From: a virus
DNA: 64,000 bases
Reading direction: 5' to 3' (one strand)
IMG/VR virus record: IMGVR_UViG_3300048091_000425
Below are positions 20,808-30,383 of the stretch, one piece after another. Position 1 is the stretch's first letter. The number at the start of each line of letters is the position of its first letter. Under the pieces are notes generated by a model. The model saw only the letters and a list, made by a program, of their open reading frames with translations. It was not told the DNA's origin and searched no databases. The position numbers and the translations under genes were made by a program.

Positions 20808-22305
20808 AGCCATTTGTCCACATTAAGCTTTAGAGCATACACGCAACCGTCACCACACACGCCATTTGTCCACATTAAGCGCGTGAGGTGCCGGAGGTGG
20901 CTTCAGATATCTTTGAAATATCCATATTTTTCAATTGGTTAAACAAACCATCTAAAAAGCAGCAACACGGCATCTGTCCACATTAAGTGAAGCCAGCAAT
21001 CAAACCCCCCTGGAAAATTGCATGCCATCTGACCACATTAAGCTTCAAAACCCACCGTTTTAGTCACGCCATCTGTCCACATTTAGGTTTTTGGCGCGGG
21101 ATGCGAAAAACACACGGCATCCGTCCACATTTGACCTTGATCCTGGATGGCCATTCTCTGACCTACAAGTCATTTGTCCACATTAAGGAAGATCTGGGAT
21201 GCGCTCACCAGCCGTCAGACAAGGAATCTGTCCACATAAAGGCCAACGCTCCTGTTCCTGACACGGAATCCGTCCACATTTACCCTCCCAAGACGGTAGG
21301 AAAGACACGGCATCCGTCCACATTAAGGTTATTCAGGCACCGTTGATCGGGTGGCGTGAGCAAAAAACTAAAGAAAACAAAGATTTGGAAGATAAATCTG
21401 AGGCAATGCACGTGGATGACACGCTAGCCGTCCACATTTGAACGGTTTTTTGACTGTACCGAATGGAATTGGATTTAGGCCGGCCCTTATGACACGCCAT
21501 CCGTCCACATTAATGAGGTTGCCAGGCTCCTGGGCAAGGAATCCGTCCACATTTGGCGGAAGAGCCCCGTAATACGGGCACTTCATACAAGTCATCCGTC
21601 CACATTAAGGGATTCATCATGGCCAATTGAACACGGCATCCGTCCACATTAAGGGCTTTTAGGGCTCTTTTTCATTGCCTTTGAGGGGCGGATCCGCTTG
21701 GCGACCAGCAAGTCACGGGATCTGTCCACATTTGAGGGGCAGGACAAGGAATCCGTCCACATTGAAGGGCTTACAGCACCTTTCTCGAGGCCTGGCGCCG
21801 CCATTGAACACGGCATCCGTCCACATATCGATGAACGGACACGCCATCCGACCACATTTGAAGGCTTTCGACCGATTTCTCCTGGCGCCGGCTGGCGCTG
21901 GGCACCTGCTGATCCTCTTGGGAGCACGGCATCCGTCCACATTTGGGGTTGGAGGCACGGAATCTGTCCACATTTGCGAGCTCAGAGCCCCTTCCCAACC
22001 CGCCGTCACCGGCCAAAGCTCCTAGACGCCGTCGATTCTCACGCCATCCGTCCACATCAAGCCGACTGGCGAGCATGGCGGTGGAGATTGGACAGGTCAG
22101 TCACCCCTGGGGCTATACTGAACCTCAATGAAACAAGGCATCCGACCACATTTCGCAGGTGCAACAAGGCAGATGTCCATACATAAGCAGTTATCCACAA
22201 GGCAGGCGTCCACATCAGTACACGGCAGACGTCCACAAAACTCACGGCAGGCGTCCACAGTTCTAAAGCTTCCCGTCCACATCTCTCAAGCCAGTTGTCC
22301 ATATT
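20808..22305 (+). repeat. iteron array, 29 direct repeats, consensus CA(C/A)GG(C/A)ATC(C/T)GTCCACATT
   Basis: GTCCACAT-type cores counted from 20816 to 22297, all one orientation; last five spaced 22-23 bp. Confidence 0.88.
22191..22199 (+). promoter_or_regulatory. DnaA box of the probable oriV core
   Basis: Perfect TTATCCACA directly before the 22-bp-spaced iteron cluster; A-rich stretch at about 22350-22380. Confidence 0.8.
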
Positions 22306-22376
22306 TGGAAGCTGGAGCCCTTATGAACCGTGGTCTCCAGCCCCGCTAAAGAGAAAAGATTGAAAAAGAAAGAAAA

Positions 22377-22964
22377 CTAAAGCGTGCACACCAGCTGTGG
22401 TTCATCACTTACCTCGATGGTGCGGACATCCTCCACCACGGTATGGAACGGCACCAGCAACCGCCAGGCGTGAAGAAACTCATTCAGCAGCGCCAGATTG
22501 CCCGCTTCCCCCGCATCACTGGCCCACACTTTTCCTTCACCCAGCACACACTCCATGGATTTGCGATCCGCCAAAGCGCCACCTCGTTTGAAGCGCTGCG
22601 GCTTCACCCCATTGAACGGTAGCCATTCTTCTCGGCTCACGTCGATCAGATAAGCCACCTGCTTGATACGAGCGTTGGCCTCCAGGCGTAACTGAGTGGC
22701 CTCAGTTATTTTGAAGTCAGCAGCCACTTCAGCCGGTCGCATGGAGAACAGAGCTGAGAGGTAATCAGCGCCGTCGAGCACCTTCCCCACTTCGGTGACC
22801 AGGACATCATGATGCCAAAGACTCAGCGTCACCTCGGCCATTTGCAGCCAAACCAATTGACGCTCACGCCACACCTTGCCGCTGGGAACTCCGACGGTTT
22901 TCTCGTTGGTCACTTTGACAATAGGGTGAGCGGTAACTAACGGCGCAGAAAAGAATGACAGCAT
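22377..22964 (-). CDS. hypothetical protein
   Basis: GGAGG RBS before ATG 22964. Confidence 0.7.
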   Translation of the reverse strand: MLSFFSAPLVTAHPIVKVTNEKTVGVPSGKVWRERQLVWLQMAEVTLSLWHHDVLVTEVGKVLDGADYLSALFSMRPAEVAADFKITEATQLRLEANARIKQVAYLIDVSREEWLPFNGVKPQRFKRGGALADRKSMECVLGEGKVWASDAGEAGNLALLNEFLHAWRLLVPFHTVVEDVRTIEVSDEPQLVCTL

Positions 22965-23004
22965 GGGACTTTCCTCCAACTAATGATGAGCAAAATTAGT
23001 TAAT

Positions 23005-23991
23005 TTACACAGCGACTGCTTGAACCTTTCCGTTGATAAACATGCCGCATGAAGCCTTCACATCGAAACCAACTTTTGGAACTATCCGCAACTTCGTTGG
23101 TTGAACTAACTCGCGAAGAATTTGTACGTTTCGCTCAATTACTTTCTCGCTTGATTCACGGCCATAACGCTCAGACGCCGGGTTGTAACGAACAATGTTG
23201 ATGTTGACCTTGAGGGCGCGTGCGTTGATCGCACCGGCCATGGCCACCATGTCCTGCTCACTGTCGTTCTGCCCTTCAATGAACGCGAAGTGCACCTTCG
23301 GGATCTTTCCAGAGAAATCCGCCCAGGCTTTGAGCTTGTCCAGGCCCACTTCGGCAGGCAGTGCTTTACCCAGCCAGCGCCGGCGAAAAGCAGGGTTAAC
23401 ACTGTAGAGTGAGTAGTAAATCTCCGGCAGGATTTCCGGGAAAATGTCTTGCAGTTCACGGCCTGCCAGGCTGTTTGGAAAGATAGAGGAAATCAAGAAC
23501 TTGCATGCAAGATCGCGCTCGTTTGCCAGCATTTTCAGCGAAGATAGCAGCAGTTTGCTGTCAGCGAGAATAAGCGGGTTGTTAAGCGGCTCACCGCGAG
23601 CCATGAAGTTGTAGTGCAGCATATTCGCCGTGGCCTGGCGGTCGTAATGAGCCAGGACGTCCCTCGCCTGGAAAAGGAAATCCTGGAGGGTGGCGTTATC
23701 GAGTGCGGTTTCCCCGTTGGCCGTCAGATGGCACATCCGGCAGGCCATGTCACAACCTGATTGCGAGGAGAGGTAGGCCAATACTTTGTCATTGTCGCGG
23801 CGGACGTAGCGCCTTTCAAAGTATCCGACATTAGGGGCTTTTTCGACGAAATTAACAGAGTTATCCAAGGTACTTTTAAGTGCAATCAGCTCAGGCATGC
23901 ATTGAAATCCTATAATAATTCGCGATTTACACCCCGAGACATCCTCTACTTCGGGGATCTCGCCCGTCTCCAGACGGGTCGAGCGCGGCAT
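23005..23991 (-). CDS. RlmN/Cfr-like radical SAM RNA methyltransferase homolog (start may be an internal Met)
   Basis: LSSQSGCDMACRMCHL (CxxxCxxC), FMARGEPLNN (MGMGEP-like), NIVRYNP, C-terminal ASCG cysteine. Confidence 0.75.
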   Translation of the reverse strand: MPRSTRLETGEIPEVEDVSGCKSRIIIGFQCMPELIALKSTLDNSVNFVEKAPNVGYFERRYVRRDNDKVLAYLSSQSGCDMACRMCHLTANGETALDNATLQDFLFQARDVLAHYDRQATANMLHYNFMARGEPLNNPLILADSKLLLSSLKMLANERDLACKFLISSIFPNSLAGRELQDIFPEILPEIYYSLYSVNPAFRRRWLGKALPAEVGLDKLKAWADFSGKIPKVHFAFIEGQNDSEQDMVAMAGAINARALKVNINIVRYNPASERYGRESSEKVIERNVQILRELVQPTKLRIVPKVGFDVKASCGMFINGKVQAVAV

Positions 23992-24012
23992 TATAGGACG
24001 TTTTCTGTCAAT

Positions 24013-24861
24013 TCATGCGATATGTTTAGCCGTCGCTTCGACGGGAACCGGCGTCTGCTCAGCACGTTGTTCAGCCAGCACCACCTTGGGCACGCCGATG
24101 TCGCGCAAGGCCTTGGCCAGCCGGGTGTCGAGCTGCGTTTCGCGCCCCTGCACCACGGCAAAGAACCTGTTCAGCACCTCACTGCGCGAGGCCCAGGCCG
24201 GCACAAAGGCGTACGCACCTTCCCATTCAAAGTACGTGTAGCGCCCTTCGCACCACTCCAGATGCTCTGCCAGCAACTCCTTGAAGCGGATCACGAGCTC
24301 TAAACGCCCTTCCCTTGCCATGGCCTGGAGAAATCCATTGGCCTGGATCACGTAGTACATGCCTTCGACCGAGCCGCTGGGCATCGGCAGCTTTGGATAC
24401 AGCATCTTGCCTTGGTGCTGCACCAACTCTGGCAGATGTTTCATGATCTCGAAGTACAGTCGTGCCCCGTCGTACTGGAGGACTTTAGCGTTGGCACGGG
24501 CCTTATCGAGGTAAGGCCTCGACCAATCCTCAATAACTTCCCACCGATTTTTTCCATTCAGGTCACGGTACAGCAGCGTCATGCCGTGGTCAGCCAGCAT
24601 CAGCTGGTGTTCATGCAAAGGATCCCAGCCCGTTACCCGGCTGACCTGCGGCTCGCTGAACGAGGTGTAGCCCACGCAAAAGGCTTCATAGCGCAGGGTG
24701 TCCCACCGCTGAGCTTGCTCTTCCGTTGCCCATCCCTCGACACGGCCATTGCTGGCCTCGAACATTGGATGAATGCCTTTAGGATTGGCGCTTTTCGATT
24801 GAAACAGCGCGCCTTCCAGGTCAGTAACCACCAGATTGTCAAACAAGCTTCTTCGGTACAT
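24013..24861 (-). CDS. hypothetical protein
   Basis: 282-aa ORF co-oriented in an operon. Confidence 0.75.
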   Translation of the reverse strand: MYRRSLFDNLVVTDLEGALFQSKSANPKGIHPMFEASNGRVEGWATEEQAQRWDTLRYEAFCVGYTSFSEPQVSRVTGWDPLHEHQLMLADHGMTLLYRDLNGKNRWEVIEDWSRPYLDKARANAKVLQYDGARLYFEIMKHLPELVQHQGKMLYPKLPMPSGSVEGMYYVIQANGFLQAMAREGRLELVIRFKELLAEHLEWCEGRYTYFEWEGAYAFVPAWASRSEVLNRFFAVVQGRETQLDTRLAKALRDIGVPKVVLAEQRAEQTPVPVEATAKHIA

Positions 24862-25225
24862 CCAAGTCCCCGTTGCGCATTGGTCGAAGCAATTCTTGAA
24901 TTACACGGTTGATTTGCGTGGCATATCCACCGGCCTGACCCACGTTTTCGACCTGCGAACGTAGGTACAGCTCGGTCAATTCTCCCCAGTGTGGCATCAG
25001 CACCGCGAAGCCGGGCACCAATTTAGCCACCAGTGGCAGCAAATTCTGCATCTGCGGGAATGCCTTGAGCAACTCCATGCAGGCAATAAAGCCTTTACCG
25101 GTGCTTGGCCCGACAAAATCCCCGCTTCGTGACCCAAGTGCAATGGCAATGATGGTCATGGCGCTGTCCGGGCGTTTTTCCCTGGCAATCCACACACCTA
25201 ACCGCTGGAACTCTTCAATGCTCAT
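24839..25225 (-). CDS. hypothetical protein (phage-like)
   Basis: 128 aa; CMELLKAFP...LMPHWGELTELY pattern. Confidence 0.65.
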   Translation of the reverse strand: MSIEEFQRLGVWIAREKRPDSAMTIIAIALGSRSGDFVGPSTGKGFIACMELLKAFPQMQNLLPLVAKLVPGFAVLMPHWGELTELYLRSQVENVGQAGGYATQINRVIQELLRPMRNGDLDVPKKLV

Positions 25226-25368
25226 CTGACTTTTGGGCTCAAACCATCAACCGCTTCAAAGCCTTCGAGGATAACCATCATCCGCTGGCGCAGCAATGGG
25301 ACAGGAGCATCGTTGCGACCGGTTACACTCCCTCCGGATAATGGTGGTAATCACCAGGACATCGACCG

Positions 25369-26535
25369 ATGAACAAGCCACTCCCGACACTAAGCCCCTA
25401 CCGCCTTCGCGCCATCACCAATGAGTTCCGTGGACGCAAGCACTGGGAGGAAGGCTGGCACGGAGGAAAGCCTGACACCTACAACGACAAGGTGGCCGTG
25501 CTCGAGGCGATAGAGCCTGCGGTTTTGAACAAACTGCTGCAGATTTTGCAGCTGCATGTCGGCGGTGAGACCGTCCGCAACCTTGCACACCTGGATAAGC
25601 TTCTGGATGTTGTGGCAAAGGAGAATGAAGGCGGTTTCGAAGCAGGCTTGCCGAAACCTCACTTACGCGTCTACAGCCTGTGCTTCGCCGGCGTGCATTC
25701 TCACGTTTATTGGCCCAGGCTGATAACTCTGATCCAAGGCGCAAGCCAGGAACATGAACAGCAGATTCGTGGGTTTTTCGGCACGGTGATGGACATCGAT
25801 CTCGACGAGCTACTGAGCAAAGGACAGTTGCCTTTCGAAATGCCTGAGCAGCTGCGCCATATCCTGCCCCGTCAAGCATTCTCCGGCATTGATTACATTC
25901 TCGACCCCCAATCCGGATCCTGGTTACGTGAGGATCGCTTTTCTTCTACCTACGAGCTTCAGTTTACTTGCGAGGAGTTCGATGACGCTGCAGATCGAAG
26001 GCTAAATTGCAAATACACCATTGCTCACGCCGGTACGCTTGAGGAGGCGCTTGCGCTGGCCAGCTTGCATCTAAAGAGCATAAATCCCTATTTTTCTTCG
26101 ATTACAGACATGCGAGAGGCGCAGGAAACCCTGAGTACTCCAGTCAGATATGAGATCTTCAGGGGGCCTTTCGAATTGGTCGTGCAGAGCAAGATCACAG
26201 AGTGTTTTACCGATGCGGATGAGCACACCCCAGACCCTGCTCTGAGGAAAATGATTCGTTACGACAACACCTGGAACCGGCGACCTTGCGCCGTCGAAGT
26301 TCAAAGGCTCCAGCAACAAAACCAGACACTCCAGGAGCGATTGAGAGCCTCCATCAAAGCACGCGACACCGAATATAGCTTTCATCACCAAATTGAGGCC
26401 AACGAAGACCGTATTAAGCAGTACGACTTCTGTGTGCCGAACGCGGTGCTTGAGAAAATGATTTTCGACACCGATCAACGCCTGGGCAACATGCACCACC
26501 TGGCCAGATATTTTAGCCAAGACCTCGGACTTTAA
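25369..26535 (+). CDS. DLGL-tail protein, unrelated body
   Basis: 388 aa ending RYFSQDLGL*; body not alignable by eye to groups A or B. Confidence 0.85.
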   Translation: MNKPLPTLSPYRLRAITNEFRGRKHWEEGWHGGKPDTYNDKVAVLEAIEPAVLNKLLQILQLHVGGETVRNLAHLDKLLDVVAKENEGGFEAGLPKPHLRVYSLCFAGVHSHVYWPRLITLIQGASQEHEQQIRGFFGTVMDIDLDELLSKGQLPFEMPEQLRHILPRQAFSGIDYILDPQSGSWLREDRFSSTYELQFTCEEFDDAADRRLNCKYTIAHAGTLEEALALASLHLKSINPYFSSITDMREAQETLSTPVRYEIFRGPFELVVQSKITECFTDADEHTPDPALRKMIRYDNTWNRRPCAVEVQRLQQQNQTLQERLRASIKARDTEYSFHHQIEANEDRIKQYDFCVPNAVLEKMIFDTDQRLGNMHHLARYFSQDLGL

Positions 26536-26618
26536 GCGGTTCGTGCATGATTTCCATCAATTGACATGGTAGTCTGTCAGCCGTTTATTTCAGACCAACC
26601 TTTACCGACAGGATCGTC

Positions 26619-27029
26619 ATGACTTCCACTACCGCTGCCTCCAGAATGAACTGGTTCAACCTGATGAAAAGCAACCTTGAGGTCATCAAGACGCTCTATC
26701 CGCTGGCGTTCCCAGCCGAAGGTCAGCCCGTCAAACCGCTCAAAAACAAAGTCGCTGATGATCTGGTCGTGGCATTGAAGGACTCGCACCCGGACATTAC
26801 CCCGGCCCACGTGCAGCATGTGCTGGGTTTCTGGTGCACCCGCCGCTTCTACCTGAAGAGCTTCAAGGCCGCCACGCACCGCATCGACCTGGCCGGCCAA
26901 CCTGTGGAAGAGATCAGTGAAGCGTCTCGTGAACACGCCATGAACCGTTTGGACGCCAGTGATCAGCAACGAGCCAAGGCCAAAGCCAAGTCTACTGCCA
27001 CGGCAGCAGCCACTCCGTCCCTTTCCTGA
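26619..27029 (+). CDS. ProQ/FinO family RNA-binding protein
   Basis: LYPLAF...PVKPLKNKVADDL...WCTRRFYLK...RIDLAGQPVEEISE. Confidence 0.85.
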   Translation: MTSTTAASRMNWFNLMKSNLEVIKTLYPLAFPAEGQPVKPLKNKVADDLVVALKDSHPDITPAHVQHVLGFWCTRRFYLKSFKAATHRIDLAGQPVEEISEASREHAMNRLDASDQQRAKAKAKSTATAAATPSLS

Positions 27030-27047
27030 CCCACCTGAAGGCCACCC

Positions 27048-28031
27048 ATGTCATTCGATCACGCCCAGAAGATCAAAGGGCCGGATGGCCTGGAAGCCAC
27101 AGTGACGCTCTACCGGGTCGACAAGACCACGTATAGCAGCGCCAGTAACCGCCTGCATTTCGACTGTGTGGGCGGTGATCAGTTCGAAGCCAAGCTATCC
27201 AAGGCTCAGCTCAAAAGCCGCTTTGTCGACAAACTCATCAGTGCTTTTCGCTTCAACCCGCCATGGCGTGAACACTTCAGGATCTTTACCAAGCCCCATG
27301 CGGTCTCTGAACTGCGCTACCAGAATGGCTTGGTCGGTTCGGTTGACTGCAAACTCAGGTCTTACGTCCAGGCGTTGAACGACCGTGGCTTCCCCACCAT
27401 GACAAGCTGTGAGGGGGATGCTCACCCAATGGGCCGGCCACCCTTCATCAAGTTCGTTGGGGCGATGCCAGAGGCACTGGAGACGGTCTGGAACAAACTT
27501 GAATGGATCAATCTTGATCGCAGCGTCACACCCTTTGCGATTCATGGCTTCACTCATGAGTACCGGGCCGTCTTTCTTCTCATACTGGATGACTGGCTGC
27601 ACGACGACCTTGACGTCACCGCCAAGCGTTATCGCCTGAATCGGGCCGGCCTTCCGCTCATTCCACCCTTCCCGCCTGTCAATGAAGCAGAGCTGAAAGC
27701 CCATCAGAAAGTGGTTGGCAAGCTAGCGCAGCGCATCAACAAAAAAGGTGGCAAAGAGTCAACCTTTGATGACCTGGTCAAACTGCGCAGTGGCCGCGAC
27801 AGCTACACCAACATGAAATTGCCGGCGCTGTTAGAAGCGCTGGAAGGTGATCCAGAGGTTGTGCACCTGCAACGACTGATCAAGGGTACCCCCGCCCTGC
27901 AACGCGCCCTACGCTGGCGCCTGCGCGGCCTGACGCTCGAGATCATCCTACGCAAGTACGAGGTCGATCAGGTGCTGAGTCGCCATGCAGAACAGAAGAA
28001 ACACGCTCGCTCCATTACTGCCGATTCCTAA
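27048..28031 (+). CDS. hypothetical protein with TYW3-like motif
   Basis: VDCKLRSYVQALNDRGFPTMTSCEG resembles the TYW3 D..I..L...N.....T.SSC.G motif. Confidence 0.65.
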   Translation: MSFDHAQKIKGPDGLEATVTLYRVDKTTYSSASNRLHFDCVGGDQFEAKLSKAQLKSRFVDKLISAFRFNPPWREHFRIFTKPHAVSELRYQNGLVGSVDCKLRSYVQALNDRGFPTMTSCEGDAHPMGRPPFIKFVGAMPEALETVWNKLEWINLDRSVTPFAIHGFTHEYRAVFLLILDDWLHDDLDVTAKRYRLNRAGLPLIPPFPPVNEAELKAHQKVVGKLAQRINKKGGKESTFDDLVKLRSGRDSYTNMKLPALLEALEGDPEVVHLQRLIKGTPALQRALRWRLRGLTLEIILRKYEVDQVLSRHAEQKKHARSITADS

Positions 28032-28036
28032 AACCT

Positions 28037-28530
28037 GTTGTTCGACATTCATTTGCGATTTGACCGGGTTCATGTCTGGCGCAGCACACCTTGATAGATT
28101 GGTTGTTCGACATCCATTCACTTTTTGACCGGTTGTGCAGGGGCCTTGGCCTTACACCGGCGCGTTCCCCCACACCCCACCAGACAGCTGTTGATCTGCT
28201 CTGGCTGTTTTGCCAGCCCTTGCCCTGCTCTTTGCTCGGTTCCGTTTGATGTGTGTTTGCTGCCGTGGATAGTGGCTATCCAGGGTATGTGACCCTGGGC
28301 ATGGCTTAACGCTCAGAAACTTTGCCAATCAATTGCCGCACAGCGCAACAGCAGGAATCAAAAGCTTCATACTTTAAAGCAAAAGCCCTCTTCTTAAAGC
28401 CTAAAAGCCACCGCAAAAACCAGAGCAAAAGCCAGGCGGTTTAAGATCAAGAGCGCGGAATACGGCTTAAAGGCAAGATCAAGAGCAACAACCAGATCAA
28501 CAGCATGATGGTTAAAAGCAAAGGCAACTT
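28037..28530. repeat. non-coding module A (two GTTGTTCGACAT..TTTGACCGG boxes, a CACCCCACYAGACAGCTGTTG box, then an AAAGC-rich tract)
   Basis: Same motifs in the same order recur at 36137-36540. Confidence 0.6.
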
Positions 28531-28590
28531 GCTTGCCGGCGCCGGCGCCCGGTACCCTTGCAAGCACCATAATCAGAAGCGAACACCGCC

Positions 28591-29253
28591 ATGTTTTTGC
28601 TCTATTCGACCGCGCTGCTGCTCGTCGTCACCGCCCTCTGCGTGCCTCACCTGGTGCGGCCTTTATTTGCAGCGGTGTACAGCCAGGCGCTGGATAAGGC
28701 CTATCTGCTAAAAGCCTATTGGCCTAAAGATCCAGAGCCTGAGAACTATCATTTAAAACGCCTCAAACAACACCGGAACCGCCTATCCATACGCGCTGAC
28801 GCCCAGATCTGCAGTATGGGCATCAATGCAGATTTGTACCGGCCCAACGAGATCTGCGGGCTCCAGGAGGCGCTGCACAAGCTCCAGCACTGTGACGGCG
28901 TGGTGTTGTTTGAAAACGGAAGGATGATCTTTCCAGACGGCCAGACCTTGGACATTCATTCACTGACAAAGAAAATCCATCACCAACTGGTCAATGCTTA
29001 CGTTGGGCTGGATGAAGCGGCCTCGATTATCACGGACTACGCCGATGACTTGGGCAACGAGGCGCTGGCGGCCAGCACCAACAAGACCCTATACAGTATC
29101 AGTGGCCAGACGGCGAAGTATCCACTGGACGGGGTGATTGGGCCGCTGGCGCTGCTACTCGGCGTAGATCCGGACAAGAATGACTTAGCCGCCCACGGCG
29201 GTGATGCGCTCTGGAGCAGAAACAAAGCTCGGTTGTTTGGCACCAAAAAATAG
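28591..29253 (+). CDS. hypothetical protein with N-terminal TM anchor
   Basis: 220 aa; hydrophobic N-terminus. Confidence 0.7.
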   Translation: MFLLYSTALLLVVTALCVPHLVRPLFAAVYSQALDKAYLLKAYWPKDPEPENYHLKRLKQHRNRLSIRADAQICSMGINADLYRPNEICGLQEALHKLQHCDGVVLFENGRMIFPDGQTLDIHSLTKKIHHQLVNAYVGLDEAASIITDYADDLGNEALAASTNKTLYSISGQTAKYPLDGVIGPLALLLGVDPDKNDLAAHGGDALWSRNKARLFGTKK

Positions 29254-29324
29254 CGCTCTGTGCTCTTGAGGCCGTGCGCCGCAGGTGCACTGCCGTCGCT
29301 TGCTTTGCCCTCCCCCCAAAAGCT

Positions 29325-29579
29325 TTAAGCCTTGGATTCCGCAAGCTCCAAATCTTTCCACTGGGGCTCAAAAATCTTTTCTTCCTTGTATCGCCCCATT
29401 TTTGGGAACACCACGGTAGGTTGTTTAACGTGGCCTGGAAATTCACGCTGGCCACGATACCCGGTGATTTCCCCGACCCGGCCTTTGTATTTCCTGATCT
29501 GTTTTTCTCCCCCACGAACAAGGTAGCGCTCAGTGAACTGAACCTTCGTGCCTACGGGGAGAGCTTCTGTGACTTCCAT
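29325..29579 (-). CDS. small basic hypothetical protein (SH3/KOW-like pattern)
   Basis: GAGG RBS; LPVGTKVQF...YKGRVGEITGY. Confidence 0.65.
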   Translation of the reverse strand: MEVTEALPVGTKVQFTERYLVRGGEKQIRKYKGRVGEITGYRGQREFPGHVKQPTVVFPKMGRYKEEKIFEPQWKDLELAESKA

Positions 29580-29659
29580 GAATGCACCTCTGCGATACGT
29601 CCCACCAAGATACATTCCTAGAATCATACGTGCAAGGGGGTTACACCCCCTCAGCTGGA

Positions 29660-30226
29660 TCAGAACAGGTTGTTCTGTAGCGGCTCTTCACGCTCTGCCT
29701 TAAGCGATACCTCAAGCGCTCGCTGAATGCTCTCGGAGTGTTGCATGTCGGCGAACGGGTTGACCTTCTGACGGATCTGCTCGAAGTGCGCCAGTATCCA
29801 CGCGGAGTCTTTCGGCTGGACGACACAAGGTTTTCCGCCGAAATTCTGGACGTAGTAGTGCTCAAGCGGCAGCTTGGACTCTTCAAGGGCCTCCTTCAGC
29901 TCAGGATGACTGGCCAGCTTGGCGTCGTTCGCCTGGCAGATCAGCTCCTGGAAGCGTTCAGGGTGCCACTTCCTGACCGTTGGAAGGTCACGGCCAAGTC
30001 TCTTGGCTTCGTACCCATGCGCATGGCGCAGCTCCTCAGCCTGGCGAGTCAGCCAATACCAGTAACCCTCTACAGAGGCGAACCGGCCATGCTCTACGTG
30101 GCAGAAAGGCTTGTGGGCGAAGTGCGACAGATCCTTGCCCAGGTCGGTCTTGCCCTTGCTGTAGATGTTGAGGTGGGTGACCCCATCCTCCTCAGGCTTG
30201 AATTCCTTTTTCTGCGTCATGGCCAC
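29660..30226 (-). CDS. NADAR-like protein (T4 gp30.3-like)
   Basis: LSHFA..PF....G.F.SVEG..., G.EAK..GR and L.EAL..S...L.H blocks parallel gp30.3/YbiA as recalled; ends QNNLF. Confidence 0.6.
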   Translation of the reverse strand: MAMTQKKEFKPEEDGVTHLNIYSKGKTDLGKDLSHFAHKPFCHVEHGRFASVEGYWYWLTRQAEELRHAHGYEAKRLGRDLPTVRKWHPERFQELICQANDAKLASHPELKEALEESKLPLEHYYVQNFGGKPCVVQPKDSAWILAHFEQIRQKVNPFADMQHSESIQRALEVSLKAEREEPLQNNLF

Positions 30227-30383
30227 GTCCTCTCATTACATTCTGCATTTCTTCCAGCATACCAACGCCGTATCAATGGATTAAAGGCTTCATGAACAAT
30301 ATGCATTAATTGTCATTCCTTAAGGATCAATTGTATGATGTGGCCGATTTTATCCGTCCTATTGCTATGTAATTGAGGCCTCC

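Noticed and set aside
20808-22305. Repeat array as a CRISPR locus
   Set aside because: Unit spacing varies from 22 to 114 bp, repeats are short, degenerate and non-palindromic, no cas genes are present, and the array adjoins a Rep_3 gene and DnaA box, so these are iterons.
20987-22349. Many 60-160-aa ORFs across the iteron field
   Set aside because: They are by-products of the repeats (recurring HGIRPH/SVHI/MWTD words), overlap on both strands and lack RBSs.
23005-23991. Calling the radical SAM gene cfr or rlmN
   Set aside because: Too divergent (MARGEP, short N-terminus) to assign a gene symbol or a resistance function without phylogeny or assay.
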